DNA of 64,000 nucleotides from an uncultured Burkholderiaceae bacterium (GTDB lineage Bacteria; Pseudomonadota; Gammaproteobacteria; Burkholderiales; Burkholderiaceae_D): NCBI GenBank assembly GCA_964459555.1, contig CAYWNE010000005.1, positions 5,644 to 69,643 of the forward strand, read 5' to 3'. Shown piece by piece: positions 57,001 to 64,000 of this stretch (position 1 is its first letter; each line of letters starts with the position of its first letter). The notes under the pieces were generated by a model. It saw only the letters and a program-made list of their open reading frames with translations, ran no database searches and was not told where the DNA came from. The position numbers and the translations under genes were made by a program.

Positions 57001-57576
57001 TTGCCGAATTAGGCGCACCAATTGGCGTGGCTCTGAAAGTATTTCCTCGAGTAGCGCTGCATTATGATGTTGGATCAAACTGTCTTGCAGTAAGCGCTTG
57101 TGGGCATAGCGTGGGTTCTTGGCATAGGCCCAGTCGAGTCGCCCAGTGCGTAAGAATTCTTGTAAGGCGGCGGCTTGCAATGCTTGTTTCGAGCTTGAGG
57201 ATTGCCCAGCGCCGATTTGAGTAGCATCTGCATCTTCGAATTCAGTAGCACCGTTGAGTTTGCTTCGTGCATTGTGCTGCGCCAGTTGTTCGGCCAAGGC
57301 GGCATGTAACTGTGCGCGTAGGCGTCGTCCCACTTCATGATCGGCAGCATCGGCCTCGACATCACCAAGATCGAGTTCTAATTTGCTGATGCGTTGATGG
57401 TGATGTGGGCCAAGACCTGCTTGTGCCGCCTCTTGCTCTATGACTTCAGCAATAATCGGTAATAGATGTTCGCGCACCCACTCTGTGTACTGACTATTAT
57501 CACGCGACAGTGTCTCGCTCGAACCGTCGATGGCGAGATCAAACTGTAGAGCGTGGATGGCGTGCGTGGCATTCAT
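51001..57576 (-). CDS. giant tape-measure-like protein of a contractile injection system (Afp14-like termini)
   Basis: 2191 aa. The N-terminal block ...ISKLELDLGDV and the C-terminal block VHNAGMVIIAPYIQRLFSILELT...LLCG...VVEQMLNGVISHW..L...SIAGLRQTFLVREG.L......W.L resemble the conserved ends of eCIS tape-measure proteins as I recall them. The roughly 1900-aa middle is L/Q/A-rich and helical, and a charged coiled coil (LKQQEALRLEQERLQQEQRKRAAQELKKR) precedes the C-domain. Confidence 0.6.
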   Translation of the reverse strand: MNATHAIHALQFDLAIDGSSETLSRDNSQYTEWVREHLLPIIAEVIEQEAAQAGLGPHHHQRISKLELDLGDVEADAADHEVGRRLRAQLHAALAEQLAQHNARSKLNGATEFEDADATQIGAGQSSSSKQALQAAALQEFLRTGRLDWAYAKNPRYAHKRLLQDSLIQHHNAALLEEILSEPRQLVRLIRQFDTADLMQIVDQRFATWSHTERNQLLDWLSLELSQHSLNPSYCENLWLFILHGAWQAEPQKLFAKNTALEDSMLLAQLFYQSQDSSLATQVQIYREQLQAAATVGSDAEQNMQRVLEDMEASVHKDQTAQTLLDEATNQLHVAPANAVGKYASPALEDLLHLLATADYAKLEGYWSQLLRDAPQHLQRMHTEHWQLWLNALPLHAKRDLVDLFQAECAWLLDALQTLPDDAIRKNIYASSIAFALAQTPQSLRADALMQMLETNFYHELSDATPQAKQLEKLLALPAAQSYQQILDGLRSATHGATAPVDLHQLGKYWSESQWQKLLTQFDTTQLRSLVQASYESRGAQTNFVLALIDSSSAAMSTSGAVSSLQTLWRLIRAAMNIRYTLGSQNLSDEVALVLLQLNAREAGPDSRSSSNEALLLTHVFTALRKKQVLSSNASNPRQSPLAAALRAWMKSEGKSAWQTALEALLQAKFEESQETESEPLPTVAEEPRLGTAWLLEEHNAQPTWLEHFLKHPQAAIQAYKKWDLPRRQDALTGLKPEVQDHLVMALHAPHQSLIQEFIKQLGTLKDLLNKAYGSTFIGHWHQGQLTQELRLGLLGLDPKLTSSKRFEQSLSLLAEGSDQRRQARAAIVDLFTEYLARHSDRSANDWRLALEQLVLTQGEASLPQQESEMQSRASSSTLPMPPSSLQNEARQSLPLLTRELELARDVSALHARHAASLTQQSEIGTRLVLQKLWQTLLASGTSDQSSLLQTFSIEMQDGLQHLYRLALHGKSNIGQELQKLLERIIAEPEKHAELNLAIEALLWRAQQELGEADAKSSGINGITANDQAALWQTMELQDFAALRNLVDSIRFDDTSLTRVDQQLKAANSAVELKAARELTQLLGLDPNVPRERILTALIQASGQHTGLAPVKHYQNLLNRWFQTLGQADAALPFLRCVEFYASQLSPAAAQSYFFKAVLRDLLAQREIDIEVLLEQARQHCPEVETNHGEQTKPLFSGSDTQDLDTTFAYDVDHEFSALNTVGAYCLPAALSQLQSIIATPASAELQSSLDLNTYTWIRRPALRAWLSHFLGEAVLHNLVPSSSDSPLSSQANKQAFQRWRPQVRRSLEQAQDHHLLFLLAAAMKLGSTSTHGQTGHLASHLRQILSEEFSIPEAELESLSKLGHGLTPTAWRQFLGFTSDAPSDAAVSAAQTEDVRLQELGQQLFLASASNLTEESDAARLRPKNSDASPLPRSWRDHLPQILAEAMLSGHLAKLDTVWPTLIDYHRAELVRAQHQYLRQAAQRNALLKKNPVEKIQALLAINAPRLAQLFDALWRQTEALHKLWGLGLSLVEWRSHLLHAAYHASFQQDLVKQTSVKQLQHLLRASSIWPRNSEIEYRLLAQAYYAALDGQRDKQDALVQALSAYLAHEDRRRALSPSLKSRVNQTESATGNLSEISSTSHTDFSKSEQDGKVLSSQSLLALKELHQDLIAHLDNEVEAAALLQEFADATNIALVTKDLQQDDVVELKEKLIEDISAQLWSSHLVFQQASLWKRLAQELRAQTRNLTPDALHRASFGFKQIDHALAKLIDIELLDQLSEAQHQHRDAEQSPTARAPSSFDQTAPTLLVVLLQSLSPYTQNEAQWARSTIRRLLTRSSTTTEVDKDLSQLLAHALGSDFVIQRWCDLLDTVELEQFFKNHHAEIARQLRAFLPAASLYRPDLLDASGRFWNKETWKLFYQLGFVQQSENFDDYIVALGLFGQGNEGSRTIASDTPADARLEQTSTASRRVAEQLAQLKAELKQQEALRLEQERLQQEQRKRAAQELKKRARLLGEEEEIPYGESNVHNAGMVIIAPYIQRLFSILELTKNNAFVDEDAAQRAVHLLQYVVTGETSTPEYQLSLNKLLCGIHGGLPIVAGIDLSEHEKTVVEQMLNGVISHWSALGKTSIAGLRQTFLVREGQLSYDEESWHLRIPSSTFDMLLDRLPWSFSMIRLPWMRAPLHVKWRANT

Positions 57577-57579
57577 CGA

Positions 57580-60117
57580 TCAAATCCAATAACGATTGAT
57601 TTGTTGATGCCGATTCTTCTTCAAGAATTCGATCACATCTTCGGCGCTACGATCGAGTTCGGTGCAATCACCTTGGTAGGCCTGTTCCGCGTACTCTTTC
57701 ATCAGATTGAGCCAACGTTGATAGCGGGTTTCGAATTGGGCCAAGAAGGCGAAATCCAGCCAGTAAAATTCGGGTAGCAGATGCGCCGGCAGTTCCTCCG
57801 CAATCATTTTTTCTACCCACATACGTGCTTTAGGATCTTGGAAACGCGCCGTGTAAGCAGGCAAAATAACACTCACACGGTGGCAGTAGAAGTCGCGGTC
57901 GATGGCTCTCGGTGCGTTGGCCTGTCCAGTGTGAGCGCGTGGCCGCAGCAAAATATGTTCTAGCAGATGAGCGCCTTCCGCTTGCAAACAAAGCTGAGCG
58001 AGCCCTTCAGTTAAACAACGCAGGAAATCACTGATCTCTTTCATCGGTAAGAAGCAGATCGGCCAGGTTTCTTCTTCCTTTGTGATCAAGCACAGCCAAC
58101 CGTGATGTTCGCTACTGCGGTGGATACGATAATTCTCCCAACGCACACCTTGTTGTAGCAAGGCGTCGCAGACCACGCCATGTGGTATGCGGAAGTCTTC
58201 AGCATAAACCTCGGATTGCGTGAGCGGCACTACTTCCAAACTATCAAAATGTAATTCGCGCGGGAAGTTGATTTGTTTCTGCAGACGTTCGTAGTAACGC
58301 TTGTTGCTGATGAGTTTGGTATCGCCCTGTAAATGGCTGACCAAAGATGGCGCTTGTTGTTCTTGGAAGCTGCCGAGCAAGATACGTAATTTGTGTTCCA
58401 ATTTGGAACTGTGATGCGCTGCCCAAGGGCTGGGTAGGCTGCGTGCGGTGCCACGACCGCTACTGAGATCGCACAGATGCCGCAAGAGATGAATTTTGTT
58501 GAGTAAGATTTGGCGTCCAATGTTTTGATGATAGTAGACATCGAAGCGGCGTAATTCCGACTCTGGGTAGTGTTCACCGTACAAAGCTAACAAGCTATCG
58601 AGCACGCGATTGCGGCGCTCCGCGAAGGCGTCTTGAGCGGCAATGATGCGCTCTAACTCGGCTTGATTCGCATGCTTAGTGTAGAGCACGTCGATATTGG
58701 GAATCTGCTTTGCACTCAAGTACTGTGTGAAATAGCTGCGATCGAGCGTAGGATCAATCGAGTACAACTGCCTTAATTGTTGGAGCGAACTGAGATAATT
58801 CGCCATGATCTGCTCGAAAGGGTACAGATAGGCTTTCAGTTGGCGCGCTTTAGCATGTACTGCATCGGGTTCCGATTGCGGAACGCCGAAATGATTGATG
58901 CCATAGATCGCGGGCAGATGTTCTCCAAGCGAAAAGTACTCCGCGAATTGACGCGCTTCGCCATGTGGTAAGGGGATCAAGTGCTGCAACTGACTACGGT
59001 TGCGCCGGAAGGCTTCATGCTCAAATTCGTGCTTGCGCAAATACAACGCGATTTGTTCACCGAAAGCATGGATCTCGCGCTGTGTGCGTACGCTCAAGAC
59101 TTGTTCGATATCTTCCGCGACTTGTGGTTCTAGCGTCGCATTTTTGCTGTAATGCAGTCGCAGAGCCAGAATCTTTTCCGGCGTATTGATGAAATGAAGT
59201 ACGGGGCAGTGCGCATCATGATGATCAAACTGTAGGTGCTCGTGGGTCACACCTTGCTCATCGATCAGCGCTAAATGATTTACTCTGAGTACACCGGGCA
59301 CATGACGAATCAAAGTGATCAATTTGATGACGTCGATATCATAGCTCTCTTGCAGAAAACTGGTCTCATCGATATAGCCGCGTTCAGTCAAGGGGCCAGT
59401 CAGAATCTCATCCCAAGTCTTCCCTTCGCGTAGTGCTTCTTCAAAGCGTGTGATTTGGCTGCCCGAAGTAATTAATTTGGCACAACGGAATACGATGTCG
59501 GCGTAGATTTCAGCGCGGCTGCGGCTATCATCGATCTCAATATCGCCAGCAAGACTAAAGGCCTGGGGCTCGACAATATGAATGTCGTCGATATCACGTC
59601 CGAGGCCGCGATGGCGAGACAGGAGTTGGACGGCGTCGTAACGCAGTTTCTTGTGCGAAGCCTCTTGCGCTTCATAGCTATCGCGGAATAAGGAGGCATG
59701 GGGTTTGATGAAGACACTCATCAAACCTCGCATACTATGGGCCTCCGTGTGACTGTGAACCCATACGTCTTCAATCTCGGGGAGTTGATCGTATAGCAGT
59801 TTGCAGAAATCGAGGTCGGTGACTGGGTGGTTGGGAAAGATTTCTGCTGGCGGATAAAGCGCTTGTTCTTGAAAATGAATTCGACCATCCTCAGCCGTGA
59901 GGAAATCTGCCACCGGAAAATCGGTGCGGTAGACCAAATCAGTCAAGCCGTAGCACAGTAACTCGAGCAAGGTGACGCCCGGATCATGCAGATTGTAATC
60001 GGTCCAACGTCCGCTCGAGAGCTGTTGTAAGAGCTCAATGCCACGCCGCCGCAGACCCTCGAAGTCGAGGCCATCGGCATCCGGTTGCAGGCGTTTGATG
60101 TGATCAGGAACGGCCAC
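57580..60117 (-). CDS. baseplate-wedge-like protein (gpJ/gp6-type N-terminal motif; Afp11/Afp12 class)
   Basis: 845 aa with a GTG start. The N-terminus WTDYNLHDPGVTLLELLCYGLTDLVYR is the motif seen at the start of phage/eCIS baseplate assembly proteins. The C-terminal block LEHILLRP...RVSVILPAYTARFQD...AEELPAHLLPEFYWLD also looks family-like. The assignment is by memory only. Confidence 0.45.
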   Translation of the reverse strand: MAVPDHIKRLQPDADGLDFEGLRRRGIELLQQLSSGRWTDYNLHDPGVTLLELLCYGLTDLVYRTDFPVADFLTAEDGRIHFQEQALYPPAEIFPNHPVTDLDFCKLLYDQLPEIEDVWVHSHTEAHSMRGLMSVFIKPHASLFRDSYEAQEASHKKLRYDAVQLLSRHRGLGRDIDDIHIVEPQAFSLAGDIEIDDSRSRAEIYADIVFRCAKLITSGSQITRFEEALREGKTWDEILTGPLTERGYIDETSFLQESYDIDVIKLITLIRHVPGVLRVNHLALIDEQGVTHEHLQFDHHDAHCPVLHFINTPEKILALRLHYSKNATLEPQVAEDIEQVLSVRTQREIHAFGEQIALYLRKHEFEHEAFRRNRSQLQHLIPLPHGEARQFAEYFSLGEHLPAIYGINHFGVPQSEPDAVHAKARQLKAYLYPFEQIMANYLSSLQQLRQLYSIDPTLDRSYFTQYLSAKQIPNIDVLYTKHANQAELERIIAAQDAFAERRNRVLDSLLALYGEHYPESELRRFDVYYHQNIGRQILLNKIHLLRHLCDLSSGRGTARSLPSPWAAHHSSKLEHKLRILLGSFQEQQAPSLVSHLQGDTKLISNKRYYERLQKQINFPRELHFDSLEVVPLTQSEVYAEDFRIPHGVVCDALLQQGVRWENYRIHRSSEHHGWLCLITKEEETWPICFLPMKEISDFLRCLTEGLAQLCLQAEGAHLLEHILLRPRAHTGQANAPRAIDRDFYCHRVSVILPAYTARFQDPKARMWVEKMIAEELPAHLLPEFYWLDFAFLAQFETRYQRWLNLMKEYAEQAYQGDCTELDRSAEDVIEFLKKNRHQQINRYWI

Positions 60118-60428
60118 TATGCGTCACCTCGTGTTGAGCGGCTGATATTCGCCAGTTGCTGATGCAGCTGTGCCAGCAGTTGATGCACGCGGTTGTAGGG
60201 CAGGTCGCCGAGTGCTTCGATAACCAAGCGTAATTGTGCGGCACTGAGTTCGAAATGGATGATGTTGTCAGCCCCGGTTTCGGTGTCAGATGGCAATTGC
60301 ATCGCAGCCTGCTGGTTGAGCATCCCTATCAACTCAAATACGAGTTTGAAAGGCCGCTCAGCAAGGGCCTCAAGAATGAGATTACCTTGCTGTAAATTGA
60401 GCTGTAATGAAATCAGAGCGCTACTCAT
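60117..60428 (-). CDS. small hypothetical protein made of two internal helical repeats
   Basis: 103 aa. Its stop overlaps the next gene's GTG (TAGTG). Repeat 1 LILEALAERPFKLVFELIGMLNQQ aligns with repeat 2 LVIEALGDLPYNRVHQLLAQLHQQ. Confidence 0.5.
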   Translation of the reverse strand: MSSALISLQLNLQQGNLILEALAERPFKLVFELIGMLNQQAAMQLPSDTETGADNIIHFELSAAQLRLVIEALGDLPYNRVHQLLAQLHQQLANISRSTRGDA

Positions 60429-60450
60429 ATTGGTGGATTCGACTCACAGA

Positions 60451-61275
60451 TTATTTTTGTTTGATCACTTTGCCTTTGGCATCGTACTGCGGGACCGGTT
60501 GACGTAGCGGCTCATGATCGCTTTCTAGCATCAAGGTATCGAGCCACAGTTGGGTCATGTGATATTTGATCCAAACGTTTTCACCGTAGCTACAACCAAC
60601 CCGCATTTGCAGACGGAAATCGAATGGCTTGTCTTCGTCGTCAGCGATCCATCGTAGTTCAATGCGGCTACATTTATTGCCAAAGTAGGTTTGACGATAG
60701 TCAATCGTGCCATTGCTATTGAAGGCACTCATGGCGATCGCGTGGGTTAGGGCATAGCGACCTTCACTGTCTTTGGCGCCAACTCCGGCCATCACTTCCC
60801 ACGCTTGGCAACCGGTCATATTTTCTGTGATGTCATACCAATTGCCATCGGCCGGCACCGCCATCTCACCGGCGCGGCCAACCCGCGCATAGGAGGCGAT
60901 GCATCCAGCGACATCGAGTTCGTGTTGCGGTGATGCTTGGCGAATACCGATGCCACTGCGATGGATGCCGTCAGCGCCGGTTACACTCGAAAGCGTCAGC
61001 AAAGCCTGATTGCGAGTGTCGAGTACACTTAAATTGTCATTGGCCTTGTCGAGTCCGAACGACCATAAGGCGCTACCGATATTGATGTCCTTGTAGAAGC
61101 TCATCAATTTACCATCGCGTAATTGTGCAACTTTGAAGCCGGCTTCAGGTGTCTTGTCGAAACCCTCGTCCAGCATATTCAGCATGGATTCGATTAAGTC
61201 AGCAAAGTCTTCCTCAGTCGGCATTTTGCCGTGTTGGAATTGCTCTTGCAGCATGTGTCGGGTGCGTCGGGTCAT
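60451..61275 (-). CDS. putative tail-fibre/receptor-binding-like protein
   Basis: 274 aa. Its start overlaps the upstream stop (ATGA). The N-terminal F..GKMPTEEDFADLIESMLN resembles the 'PT..DF..LIDS' motif at the N-termini of many short tail-fibre proteins. I do not recognise the C-terminal domain. Confidence 0.35.
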   Translation of the reverse strand: MTRRTRHMLQEQFQHGKMPTEEDFADLIESMLNMLDEGFDKTPEAGFKVAQLRDGKLMSFYKDINIGSALWSFGLDKANDNLSVLDTRNQALLTLSSVTGADGIHRSGIGIRQASPQHELDVAGCIASYARVGRAGEMAVPADGNWYDITENMTGCQAWEVMAGVGAKDSEGRYALTHAIAMSAFNSNGTIDYRQTYFGNKCSRIELRWIADDEDKPFDFRLQMRVGCSYGENVWIKYHMTQLWLDTLMLESDHEPLRQPVPQYDAKGKVIKQK

Positions 61276-64000
61276 GTTGGTTTCCTTGCCGGAATAATGA
61301 AAGTAGAGCCTACTTTCAATTCGTTAATGCCAAGTGCTTTTGGATTTTTTTGTTCAAACTGGTCGCTAATCACGATCCAATGTTCGGTCAATGGAACGGC
61401 GATACTCCATGGATAGCTGGGGTTCAAATCTTTCTCATGGCGCGGTAGTTTGGCGTTGTCTTTGAGATTGAAACGCAGGTCACTCAAATCACCAAGTGGC
61501 GAAATCTGTAGCATAGACACGCCAGTCACCTCATCGACATAATCGAGATCGTGTAAGAAAGAAATGACGTTGTGCTGTTGGATATGCCAGCCAAAGTGTT
61601 GATGCAGTCCATTCTCGTTCCATGGCGAGAGATATTCGCAAATCGCTTTGTTGATTTGTTCGATGTAACGCCCACTCATCTGGCTCTGCGCACTGAGTTT
61701 CGCCCCAAGTTGACGTGCATGCGGTGTGGCATTTTTTAGTTTCACCGTGCAACGAATTTGTATTTCTTCGTACACCGGATTTTCCACGCTGATTTGCACA
61801 TCGGCTGGCGCAAACACGCGAATGAAATCGTGAATCTCTTGAATCAAGTGGCCGCTCAAAGTCGGGCGTTGATTACCGTGGCCACCTTGGTTGAGATGCG
61901 GAATCGGCACGATCAACAGATGCCCAGGGCGAATTCGATGATGCGGATTCTGCGCCGAAGTCAAATGGGGGAAGCATTTCACCTTATACACTTGTGGGAA
62001 GCGTTCTAAGATCAGGGACTCATAGTCATTGGTGGTCAAAGCACGCTGCTTATGACGTAGTCGTTCACTGGCGCGAGTGCGGAATTGTTCGCGTGTCTCT
62101 GCTGCTTTGCCGTTAAAACTACTGCGTACTTGCAATACACCATTGAGACCAGGAATCGGGCTCTTACTATTTTGAATCCGAAGTGCAGGTAAGACGGGTG
62201 TCGATTTTTGTCCTTGTTCGGCCGCCCACGTTACCTTGATCGCTTGTGCGAAGACCCCATACAAGCTACAGAACCGTTCTATGCCTTGGTCAGCCGTGAC
62301 GCCGAGCCAGAACTGATCGGACGGCATCACCGTATGATCTTTATTCATGTCCTCCGGCAGTTGCAATTGCACGATGCCTGAAGTCATAAATCCATGGGTT
62401 GAATCTTCGAGGATGTGCGCCTGTTGAAAACGACGCCAACGATTCGATGACAAATACCACCACTGCAAACCGGTATGTGTGCCGCGAGGCATAGGCAGGG
62501 AATCTTCGCGCAGATAGAAATACAGGCTGAGTCGGCCTTGCAAGCGCTCGGCGTCCAATCCTATCATCAAATTACCGGCCGCTGGGTAGTGCGGCACCAG
62601 CGGTATCATTTTACTCTCATTGACCCGCATGACCTTGCTACCCATAGGGTGTAAATGCAAGAAGACTTCTTGATGTTGACTGGCGAGCTCGGACTGGCTT
62701 TGATCGAAATTAATCGTCGAATACGCTTTGTAGTTGAAAACGATGCGGCTAATTTGCGGTGTGTAAGGTGGATTCGGTTGCGCCGTCATCAAACCAACTT
62801 TTCTCTTTTGCGCGTTTTGTGTCAGCACCCGCGTCAATAATTGCGGATATTCCTGATGGCCAAACGCGCCCGCCGGTTCATCGAGGCTCAGCTTGAACAT
62901 GCCATTCATGGTGCTCGAATTGTAGATGAAACGTGCGCCATCTTTCGGTAAGAGAGTAGGGTGAGTCGGCTTGTACAGCGACATCAATGGCGTAAAGGCG
63001 ATGCGATTCTCGCTGCGCACCTGAACGCTAGGGCTGCCATCTTCTTTGGTTTCGAAATCGAACAATGGGCTGGCGTTGTTGGACTTACTCCACTTACCAT
63101 CGACTAAGACCGAAAGTTTGACTTTGACAGCGTCGGCTTTAAGCGGCTCCTGATAACCTCGATAATATTCCGCGAAACCACCGAGATTGCTTGGTAAGCC
63201 AGCCCATTCAATATCAACAGAGGCGTCGCGCAACTGTTTGCCAAGTACTTCTTCGCAACCTACGATGAGATAAGAGCTGAGATCGGGAAGCGGGCCAAAC
63301 GGCGAGAACGGCGCTAAGGCGCTGAGCTGGCCGATTTGATTGTGTAAGACCAATTGGCGACAGGCTTTGACCTCGACTTCCAGTTCGATCTCTTCAAGCA
63401 GCCAATGCGTCAACACATCATACGGATAGGCATACTCATTGCGCGTCATTTCAAACTGCAAGATCGGTGCCTTGGTTTGGAATTCTTCGCCGTGTACTTT
63501 GCTGTCATAAGGTGTGATTGCAGGCGTGGCTGACGGTAGATGAAGGTAGAGCGCGAGACAGTTTTCAGGAAGATCTGGATTGAGACCGCTGTATTCTGGG
63601 CGATATTCAGGAATCGCAAACCATCCGGTTTCGGTGGTAATCGAAACGCGGAACATGCTGCGCATCAGCTTAATAAACACATCGCTCAAGCGCAAACTTG
63701 ATGCATGCTCAGTATGGTGCGGATACTTTTTACTTAATTGCTCGGCCAACTCACGCAAACTACTTTCTATGCTGTAGCGAGCGTTGTGACGCAACTTGAG
63801 CAAGAGACGAATATGGCGTTCACCTTCTTGCATCAACAAAGTATGGCTAGCCACCGCAAAACCAAAGCGTGCGGCGTTCACGCCAGCGATATGTTCGCCA
63901 GGTTTGGGTGCCCCCATCAATGGCAAAGGCGGAAGTTTTTCGTGTGCACCTGGTTCGGCTTTGTCGTCCAGTGTTTCGATCGGATGATAGTAACTAGCCT
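61272..64000 (-). CDS. large baseplate J/gp47-like protein (Afp11-class), 5' end outside the window
   Basis: The frame stays open from the listed TTG (63926) to the window edge (...SYYHPIETLDDKAEPGAHEKLPPLPLMGAPKP...). The block FNGKAAETREQFRTRASERLRHKQRALTTNDYESLILERFPQVYKVKC matches the conserved 'E..FR.R...RLRH..RAVT..DYE.L.L..FP' region of baseplate-J-type proteins. Confidence 0.6.
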   Translation of the reverse strand, partial: ASYYHPIETLDDKAEPGAHEKLPPLPLMGAPKPGEHIAGVNAARFGFAVASHTLLMQEGERHIRLLLKLRHNARYSIESSLRELAEQLSKKYPHHTEHASSLRLSDVFIKLMRSMFRVSITTETGWFAIPEYRPEYSGLNPDLPENCLALYLHLPSATPAITPYDSKVHGEEFQTKAPILQFEMTRNEYAYPYDVLTHWLLEEIELEVEVKACRQLVLHNQIGQLSALAPFSPFGPLPDLSSYLIVGCEEVLGKQLRDASVDIEWAGLPSNLGGFAEYYRGYQEPLKADAVKVKLSVLVDGKWSKSNNASPLFDFETKEDGSPSVQVRSENRIAFTPLMSLYKPTHPTLLPKDGARFIYNSSTMNGMFKLSLDEPAGAFGHQEYPQLLTRVLTQNAQKRKVGLMTAQPNPPYTPQISRIVFNYKAYSTINFDQSQSELASQHQEVFLHLHPMGSKVMRVNESKMIPLVPHYPAAGNLMIGLDAERLQGRLSLYFYLREDSLPMPRGTHTGLQWWYLSSNRWRRFQQAHILEDSTHGFMTSGIVQLQLPEDMNKDHTVMPSDQFWLGVTADQGIERFCSLYGVFAQAIKVTWAAEQGQKSTPVLPALRIQNSKSPIPGLNGVLQVRSSFNGKAAETREQFRTRASERLRHKQRALTTNDYESLILERFPQVYKVKCFPHLTSAQNPHHRIRPGHLLIVPIPHLNQGGHGNQRPTLSGHLIQEIHDFIRVFAPADVQISVENPVYEEIQIRCTVKLKNATPHARQLGAKLSAQSQMSGRYIEQINKAICEYLSPWNENGLHQHFGWHIQQHNVISFLHDLDYVDEVTGVSMLQISPLGDLSDLRFNLKDNAKLPRHEKDLNPSYPWSIAVPLTEHWIVISDQFEQKNPKALGINELKVGSTFIIPARKPT

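Noticed and set aside
1-64000. Searched by eye for CRISPR arrays, tRNA/rRNA genes, IS elements, integrases, toxin-antitoxin pairs and known defence-system hallmarks
   Set aside because: None was recognised. The island-like structure at 8.4-21 kb is bounded by gene-fragment repeats rather than att sites or mobile-element genes. A computational scan (tRNAscan-SE, ISfinder, DefenseFinder/PADLOC) is still needed, because visual inspection has limited sensitivity.
46097-64000. Alternative reading of the 46-64 kb operon as a prophage tail module or a T6SS
   Set aside because: There are no capsid, portal, terminase, lysis or integrase genes in the 18 kb seen, and no TssB/C/K/M or ClpV signatures. 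An Afp15-type AAA+ ATPase directly after a tape-measure-like gene is characteristic of eCIS. This cannot be fully excluded until the flank beyond 64000 is inspected.

Overview
64 kb of chromosome from a Gram-negative, probably proteobacterial organism (TonB-dependent receptor, Pal/OmpA lipoprotein, PBP7-type endopeptidase, Tat and lipoprotein signals; roughly 50% GC by eye). I support about 55 protein-coding genes. I recognised no rRNA, tRNA, CRISPR array, IS element, transposase or integrase. The window has three parts. (1) 1-23 kb is a mosaic accessory region. A GNAT gene and the 3' end of an S46 peptidase gene each recur as decayed copies, which delimit stacked cargo modules. The largest module (11-20.8 kb) is an ion-homeostasis island with three different cation/proton antiporter families, a ClC channel and a YbdK ligase. 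Two of its operons begin with the same roughly 55-nt structured leader, which shows compensatory base changes and looks like a cation riboswitch. (2) 23.6-46 kb holds a TonB receptor plus LuxR/7TMR-DISM two-component module, bracketed by two paralogous orphan substrate-binding-like proteins. It also holds an acyl-ACP-reductase-like oxidoreductase, a large secreted PHP-domain protein, and assorted hydrolase and redox/detox genes (GH109-like, beta-lactamase-fold, AzoR, DoxX, pirin). (3) 46.1-64.0 kb, all on the minus strand and running off the window edge, is a tightly coupled operon. I read it as the distal half of an extracellular contractile injection system (eCIS, phage-tail-like; Afp/PVC class). 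It contains a baseplate-J-like protein, a fibre-like protein, a second baseplate-like protein, a 2191-aa tape-measure-like protein and the characteristic Afp15-type AAA+ ATPase. The operon ends in an unusual 1182-aa Sec-exported, multi-pass membrane protein that is translationally coupled to the ATPase. This last locus, and especially its non-canonical accessory genes, is my best candidate for a poorly described system. All functional calls rest on motif recognition by eye; no database search was run.
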